A DNA stretch of 64,000 nucleotides from NCBI GenBank assembly GCA_032718475.1, contig JAUCBJ010007566.1, positions 1-64,000 on the forward strand, given 5' to 3'. The translations under genes were made by a program, and so were the position numbers. This DNA is from Nemertoderma westbladi. Taxonomy: Eukaryota > Animalia > Xenacoelomorpha. Positions within the stretch are counted from its first letter, which is position 1, and the number at the start of each line of letters is the position of its first letter. The notes beneath the pieces were generated by a model. The model saw only the letters and a list, made by a program, of their open reading frames with translations, did no database searches and was not told where the DNA came from. Below are positions 58,901 through 64,000 of the stretch, in pieces.

Positions 58901-61900
58901 CTTTCCGTCGGTCTTTGCCGATGCATCGACTACCATCCTAAGTTTACCTTTCTTTGGGTCTAAAGCTACGTGGAGTGGCAGGTAATATGTCCTGTCCGTG
59001 TTCGGCTCGTCGACCGGTAACTCCACGGCCCATCCTTTCTCGACGTACTTCTTAATGGTTTTGTGAATGTACTCGTTCTTCTCGGGGCTCCGTTGTAGTG
59101 TTTGTTTCAGCTTGCGGAGTCTCGTGAGTACCATCCTTCTATTATCGGGTAACGGTATCTTCGGTAGTTTCCATACCATTCCTATAGTATACCGCCCCTC
59201 ATCACACGTCATCGATTCCTCCACACTTTGTAGAGCCTGCTTGTCTTCTACCGAGGTCCCGACCCCGGTCTCTTTCAGTCCCTCAAAGTCTTGTCTGAGC
59301 AGTCTTTTAAGCTGCTCCTCTGCTCCCTCATCACCCATTTCTTGCATTGTTCCCGCGAACATGCATCCTGATGTCTCCGACATCCTGAATGGTATCTTGC
59401 TCTTAATTGGACCACTCAGCGTCCACCCGAATGGCGTTAATATGGCCACCGGGTCGCTCTGCTTGTCTTCGCCGAAGACCGTTTGCTTTCTCTCGTGGGC
59501 CGTTGGGCAGTCCATGCCTACTATGATGGATACCTTCCTAACGTCCACGTCTGGGATTGAGAAGTCAATGTTGTCCAGGAATTTGTATTGCTCGACCTCG
59601 ATGTTGGTCGGCCGCCTGGCATTGATGTTAATTGACTCTATTTCTTGGATGGGGTCGATGGTTGCCCCATAATCGCATCCTGGTGCCACTGCTGCAATTG
59701 CGCACCGTCCTGTCCTCATCTCTAGGATCTCGTCTTTGCTAGAGATGGTTGTCACCGCCATCCTGCTTGGTCTCGTTCTCAACCCTATTTCTTCGGCTAC
59801 CCATTCCTCAACTAATGTGAAGGCAGCTCCACTATCAACCAGCATTAGTGTTGTTACTGATCGATTGCCTTCCCAGATCACTCGTACTGGTACTACTCCA
59901 AGTAGCACTGTGCCTCTTTTCTTCGCCCCTACCGTGCTCGTTGCCATCGTTTGGCCTCTCCTTTGGCCAAACTTGACCGGCTTCTCTTGGCATTCCCTGG
60001 CCTTGTGTCCACTCTTCACACATCGCGAGCAGATTTTATTGCTCGACGCGTAATCTATCTGGTCTTGCCTCGGTAGCGCCTGCCAGTACCTGCAATTCAT
60101 GGTTTTATGAAGCGCATTTGCGTGTAACTGGCATTTGCTCTTTGGGTCGTAGCCCTCTTTATACAATGCATTGCGTATCGCAGTTATATTCGTACCAAAG
60201 TCCCTACTATTCTTATTGACTGGGTTTGGCCTACTGGACGTACTGGGGTTATGTTTATTCATGTTGTTATTGTTCCCCTGTCCGTCCCTTGATGTTGTCT
60301 TATCTTCGTTTGTCTGTGGACTTGCAGTCCCCTGCGTCGCTGCATATGGCAATGATTGCCTGAGTCTCGGTAACGCGTTCGATGTGTTGTGCTCTGGTTT
60401 TGGTCTATGGTAGTCTGTCTTTGGTCCCTTTCCCAGGCTGTCTTCACTATAGACTGGGTCCGTTATTAGTTCGGCCTCGTAATTTAAGAAGTTTGACATT
60501 TCTTCTAAACCCGGTTCCGCACCCTTCTTGTCTCGAGTGGAGAAAGCGATCTTCCTCCATTTGTTGCGCAGCCAGCTCGGTAGTGCCTGCGCTATCGTGG
60601 TGATGTTATTGGACGCGTTGAGCTCGTATGGCGCGTCTAGCGTCTTCAGCACGATCAGCGCCTTCTCGACTTTGTTAGCAAACGTCTTAATGCTAACGGG
60701 GTTATCCTGTAGGCCACCCGATGTTATGCCTCTCAGCGTCTGCCTGATGATCTTGGCCGGGTGCCCGTATTCCCTATCCAGTGCCCGCCATGCTGTCGTG
60801 AAGCCGCCCTCTATTCCTTGGTATTGCCTCACGATATCATATGCTGGGCCTCCCGTGTACACTTGTAGATACTTTAGGCACTCCGCCTGCGTCAAGTTTT
60901 TTGTTAGTATTTCGTTACTATACATTCGCCGAAATTGTAAATATTCTTCCGGCCTACTCCCGTCGAACTTGAATGGTTCCACGGGTGGTAACTCGATCCT
61001 CGTTTTCAAAGCATCGATCAACGTGGCCATCCCTATCGCCTGCGCTTCCAATGGATTCGACGGGTGCTGTATAGTTTCCCTTGTCTGGTGCGTTCCGTCT
61101 GTCCTATTTCTTGACTTTCTCTGGCTTGGGTATGTCATTGGGGGTAGCGGCCCCCTCCATATATCTGTGTCACACGATCTGTTTTCGTCCAAGGGTCTCG
61201 TTGTTCTTGCTACCATCGGGGTATATTGTTGATATTGTGATGGGGGAATGTCACCCTGTCCCCCCCCCCCCACCGGTATGTCTGGTACTGGGGTTGATGT
61301 TAATATGTTGGGGCCCATGCACCTATCCGCAATAATTCCCCCCTCCCCTGGGTATATGTTATGTCCCTGCATGCTGTAGTCATACTGCTGTGCTGGTACC
61401 GGTATAGGCCTATCAGCTTCTGGCCTACCCGCCGGAATGTATTCCGCGACTTCCGGGTTTAATCCCGTTGTCCACGCTATCCTATCGCCTACATTGCCTC
61501 TCTCGGTATGGCCTACGGTATGTGCAGTAAGGCCTATAGTATGTCCTACAGTCTGCATGTGTTGTTCGGGATCGAAGTTTATTCTTCTCGAATAATCCTC
61601 CCCGCGGCTACCGTAATCTCGTCCGGTAGGTACATTCCGTCGGAAAGTTTCTCTCCGACCCCCCTCTCTACTGTTCTCATCCTCGTTCTGGTACATCGCG
61701 TACCCCTCTCTCGGCATGCAATGCGCCTCGCCGGGTCGCATCTCTCCGGGGCGACGGCAATCTCCCGGAGTCCGACCCCACTGACTCTCCGTTCTCATCT
61801 CGACTACCGACGGCTCGCTGTCCGTCCTCGCTCTTCTATCGTTTGCGGCGATACTTCTACTACTGTCTTCCTTTCTTCTCGTATCAGTGGAATATTCCCG

Positions 61901-62188
61901 CTCGCGAGATCTCTCGTCGACCTCCCGGTTAAACCCCACTGTTCTTCTTTCCTCCTCTGATTGGGCTCGACGCTTCGTCCGCCCTCCCGCAACGTCAACC
62001 TGTCTTTCCTTGCCCGGTCGCACGTCGCTGGGGATACTCGTAATCCCCCTATTACTTTCCGTCGCTGGTTGTTGCGGTTTACCTATTTCGGCCCTCGCAT
62101 TATCCGCTGACGGCTGTGGGACACTCTCTGCCCCCCCCTTCTCGCCGCTAACTCTCTGTTGTGGGGCCCTCGTAGCCCCCCCCCCCAC
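55928..62188 (-). CDS. BEL/Pao Gag-Pol of B (Gag core, protease, RT, RNase H, integrase), uninterrupted
   Basis: CSRCVKSGH..C; LVDSGA; DIEGMFNQV, YVDD; FSDAS, CPTDENPADLLSRG; H..H/CQTC, GVDMFG, SDNGTNF, CVERLV; WRRWVEEYLPTL..KW. Confidence 0.95.
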   Translation of the reverse strand: MGGGATRAPQQRVSGEKGGAESVPQPSADNARAEIGKPQQPATESNRGITSIPSDVRPGKERQVDVAGGRTKRRAQSEEERRTVGFNREVDERSREREYSTDTRRKEDSSRSIAANDRRARTDSEPSVVEMRTESQWGRTPGDCRRPGEMRPGEAHCMPREGYAMYQNEDENSREGGRRETFRRNVPTGRDYGSRGEDYSRRINFDPEQHMQTVGHTIGLTAHTVGHTERGNVGDRIAWTTGLNPEVAEYIPAGRPEADRPIPVPAQQYDYSMQGHNIYPGEGGIIADRCMGPNILTSTPVPDIPVGGGGQGDIPPSQYQQYTPMVARTTRPLDENRSCDTDIWRGPLPPMTYPSQRKSRNRTDGTHQTRETIQHPSNPLEAQAIGMATLIDALKTRIELPPVEPFKFDGSRPEEYLQFRRMYSNEILTKNLTQAECLKYLQVYTGGPAYDIVRQYQGIEGGFTTAWRALDREYGHPAKIIRQTLRGITSGGLQDNPVSIKTFANKVEKALIVLKTLDAPYELNASNNITTIAQALPSWLRNKWRKIAFSTRDKKGAEPGLEEMSNFLNYEAELITDPVYSEDSLGKGPKTDYHRPKPEHNTSNALPRLRQSLPYAATQGTASPQTNEDKTTSRDGQGNNNNMNKHNPSTSSRPNPVNKNSRDFGTNITAIRNALYKEGYDPKSKCQLHANALHKTMNCRYWQALPRQDQIDYASSNKICSRCVKSGHKARECQEKPVKFGQRRGQTMATSTVGAKKRGTVLLGVVPVRVIWEGNRSVTTLMLVDSGAAFTLVEEWVAEEIGLRTRPSRMAVTTISSKDEILEMRTGRCAIAAVAPGCDYGATIDPIQEIESININARRPTNIEVEQYKFLDNIDFSIPDVDVRKVSIIVGMDCPTAHERKQTVFGEDKQSDPVAILTPFGWTLSGPIKSKIPFRMSETSGCMFAGTMQEMGDEGAEEQLKRLLRQDFEGLKETGVGTSVEDKQALQSVEESMTCDEGRYTIGMVWKLPKIPLPDNRRMVLTRLRKLKQTLQRSPEKNEYIHKTIKKYVEKGWAVELPVDEPNTDRTYYLPLHVALDPKKGKLRMVVDASAKTDGKCLNDYLLEGPNIYNSGIEVLLRFRNGKHAFTCDIEGMFNQVRVTEEDSDSQRFLWYNGEEEPPIIPAYKMVVQNMGAKSSSFTTTMAVRDTVKGKEDRYSSRAVDMIRRGFYVDDGMESGNTVEEILETGREVRDILKGSGFNLTKFQSSSEEFIKKIEDKKPESTMDNPTTAKGQDMAIKRTESQQKALGIVWDRKTDELKYQLSQEGADTHTKRGYVSYIARIYDPLGLASPLLVTGKQILKRVYKLKDEWDVEVPEDIKKQWSKWTGDLERMGTYNMPRVYFPDGNMTNLDLHMFSDASLEAYGAALYLVQREGAHKPRLAFSKAKSTPPDSASVPKLELTAARLGVRATAYLVDTIPNIVETHYWTDSMVVLGWLHNEKTRYPIFVANRVDEIRASTELERWHYCPTDENPADLLSRGVERHTFLKKEVLWQHGPQFLSDREAWPPMRKVDPGSEPISEGEEGDSEGEEIYSQMVREIRDVQPGRELCDNPTDKLLSYSSSWYKTKKLVAYWRAFGNFLAGVGKDKKIRTTIDLEGAAKAIIRYEQRKNYGDEVERVGNQQHLRRESELTTLSPQLNEDGILVMNSRVGYNNSIVVPPKPIIIPTGSPIVHQIIWNSHKSILHGGTNRTLTEIRRTYWVKQLRKKVKAVVGQCQTCRRAKKERAVQEMAPLPASRVRQHDPPFTHCGVDMFGPIKIKVMRHTEKRYGIIFVCNNTRAVGIELAQDATASAFINALERFRDRKGGTIAVIYSDNGTNFVGAESEMAEALEILEGEEVRAAMRRRQVKWERRTPYAPHTLGCVERLVGSSKRLMTKLMNTHMVTEDVLRTVLAKCEGIINSRPLYPENDDPESLDVLTPSHFLMERPATIDMRGVDPDHIHSRQSWKVAKAISAEYWRRWVEEYLPTLHKRSKWRKPNRELREGDLVIVTDDTIINNQWRLARVVGTYSDEDGRVRSVEVRIGGKIGAKDRKTYRRAVGKCCLLEGAP

Positions 62189-64000
62189 TCGCTACATCTA
62201 ACTTCGCTACCTCTTTCCCCGCTATTATATACCTCTCTAGTCGACACATCAACCCTACCACAGTCGGGTCTGTTCACCCTCGCCTCTCCCTCTGTTATTG
62301 CATGGCCTACCAGACCCTCTACTCCCTGCCTACCAACTACGTGGCCTACCAGGCCCTCTGCTCCCTGTCTACTAACTACGTGGCCTACCAGGCCCTCTGC
62401 TCCCTGTCTACTAACTACGTGGCCTACCAGGCCCTCTGCTCCCTGTCTACTAACTACGTGGCCTACCAGGCCCTCTGCTCCCTGTCTACTGACTACGTGG
62501 CCTACCAGGCTCTCTTCCGCCTGGTTATGTAGGCCCGACGTGTTTACATTAATAGCACCCATATTAGAAACGGAATCAATTTGCTCGTTTGAAACAAAAC
62601 CATTTGCATTATTCTGCGCGACTACGTTATCTGAATTATTTTGTAAATTCGGGCTGAGATCATTATTTAAATTATTCGAATTATTCTGTGTAATTGCGTT
62701 ATTTAAGTTATTTTGTAGGTCCGAATTCGGATTATTATTTTGATTATTTGAATTATTTTGCGTAACTACATCAACATTAGGATTATTTTCTACATTAGTA
62801 TTGGGATTATTCTGATTTAAATTTAAATTACTACCACTAGGCAAAGTATTTCCTGCAATAAAGGTTTGATTAGTGTTATCCCATACGGTACTATTAATAT
62901 CAACAACGTCTACTGTACCATTATTATTATTACCCCCCCCGCCCGTACGGTTACACCAGTTTTGGGTCTGTCGTGCGGTCCCTGTCAGTGGGGTGTTAAT
63001 GAACGTGTCTACGGCTCCTGGCTCCTCAAAAATACTCGAGCCGGCCCCGCTTTCAGACGGCAACACTCGGACCAATTCCAGCTCGTGCGCCCGTCTAATC
63101 TTATTTTTTTTTGCCGATACACCTTGGCGTTTCTCTAATTCCCTTAACTCTCGCTCAGCCTTTGCCCCTCTCTCCTCACTCTCCTGGCTGTCCCGTCTGG
63201 CCGACTCTACTACACTCCTAGCGCTCTCCCTTCGTCTCGCCTCACGTTCTTTGCGTTCCTTTTCCCTTCTTGCCTCATATTCCTTGCGTTCCTTTTCCCT
63301 TCTTACCTCACGTTCCTCGCGTTCCTCGTCCCTTTTTGCCTCACGTTCCTCGCGTTCCTCGTCCTCCCTTGCCTCACGCTCTCTGCGTTCCCTTTCCTCC
63401 CTAGCCTCACGCTCTCTACACTCCTTTTCCTCTATTTCGTCACTCTCCCTAAGTCTCCTCAAAGCCCTTTCGACCCTCTCACCGTTCTCTTTAATCAATG
63501 CCGCTTCCCTCGCTAACCGCGCTCTCCCCTCCTCTAGCCGTTCCTCCATTTCCTTCTGACCTTGCTCTGCCACGTCGAGGCGGTATGCGGCACCTATCTC
63601 TCTCACCACTCTTTCTTTCGCGGAGGATGTAACAGACTTATCGGTTATGACGGACTTCCCCCGCCTTCCCGACCTACTAACTTTCCCCGGCCTCCCGGAG
63701 CTTTCTCCGACCGACGAGGCCGAATCCTCGGGGTTAACCTCGGATTCGCCCCCTTCGAGTCCCCTCCAACCCACTGGTTTTACTCCCCGGGCATCGACCA
63801 AGTATGGCCCTATGTACACTGGCGCTACACTAGGTTCCATACTCCCACACTCCCATAGTTCAAACAATTCGCCGGCTATCCTTTCTGCTCTCTCCCCGGC
63901 CAGTTCTCTCTGCCCAAAACGTATTAGGTAATTTAAGTGTCTATCCGACTCACCTAGTCGCTTTCTCAGTCTCACCTCGTCTACCTTCGCCCCTTTCTTC
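62083..64000 (-). CDS. N-terminal Gag region of B (R/E coiled coil, Asn-rich tract), offset from Gag-Pol by a frameshift in a G11 run; start probably outside the window
   Basis: 630-aa open frame reaching almost to the window edge, overlapping 55928-62188 at C11 (62176-62186). Confidence 0.75.
   Translation of the reverse strand, partial: KKGAKVDEVRLRKRLGESDRHLNYLIRFGQRELAGERAERIAGELFELWECGSMEPSVAPVYIGPYLVDARGVKPVGWRGLEGGESEVNPEDSASSVGESSGRPGKVSRSGRRGKSVITDKSVTSSAKERVVREIGAAYRLDVAEQGQKEMEERLEEGRARLAREAALIKENGERVERALRRLRESDEIEEKECREREAREERERREREAREDEEREEREAKRDEEREEREVRREKERKEYEARREKERKEREARRRESARSVVESARRDSQESEERGAKAERELRELEKRQGVSAKKNKIRRAHELELVRVLPSESGAGSSIFEEPGAVDTFINTPLTGTARQTQNWCNRTGGGGNNNNGTVDVVDINSTVWDNTNQTFIAGNTLPSGSNLNLNQNNPNTNVENNPNVDVVTQNNSNNQNNNPNSDLQNNLNNAITQNNSNNLNNDLSPNLQNNSDNVVAQNNANGFVSNEQIDSVSNMGAINVNTSGLHNQAEESLVGHVVSRQGAEGLVGHVVSRQGAEGLVGHVVSRQGAEGLVGHVVSRQGAEGLVGHVVGRQGVEGLVGHAITEGEARVNRPDCGRVDVSTREVYNSGERGSEVRCSEWGGGLRGPHNRELAARRGGQRVSHSRQRIMRGPK
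62302..62512 (-). repeat. 39-bp coding repeat in B Gag (QGAEGLVGHVVSR, about 5 copies)
   Basis: Seen directly, in frame. Confidence 0.92.

Noticed and set aside
43934-63931. Many plus-strand ORFs opposite Gag-Pol and the accessory genes
   Set aside because: Antisense shadows of long coding frames with no recognisable motifs.

Overview
AT-rich eukaryotic (probably invertebrate animal) genomic DNA. I found no prokaryotic-type features such as operons, CRISPR arrays or rRNA. Host genes: the 3' exons of a spliced nesprin/SYNE-like spectrin-repeat + KASH gene (+, 5974-14932), an intronless Ser/Thr-repeat + fibrinogen-like-domain gene with a broken duplicate (20054-26810), an intronless Cys-loop anion-channel subunit (-), and an intronless KDSR-like SDR disrupted in its YxxxK motif (-). 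The rest is mostly mobile DNA: RTE-type LINE pieces (one forming a 480-bp inverted repeat), a Harbinger relic, a 2.2-kb Gypsy-type relic with only 64-71-bp LTRs, Penelope-type relics including a minimal hammerhead ribozyme, MITEs and minisatellites. From 33.7 kb to the window end lie three stacked, same-strand LTR elements: A2 and B are BEL/Pao by their Gag-Pol, and A1 is assigned by homology to A2. The most notable observation is that A2 and B, two highly divergent families, both carry at the env position (between pol and the 3' LTR) a large accessory ORF with a DnaQ/DEDDy (WRN/EXD/RNase D-type) 3'-5' exonuclease-like domain, three Cys/His zinc knuckles and a basic tail. All calls come from reading motifs by eye; no database search or alignment was run.
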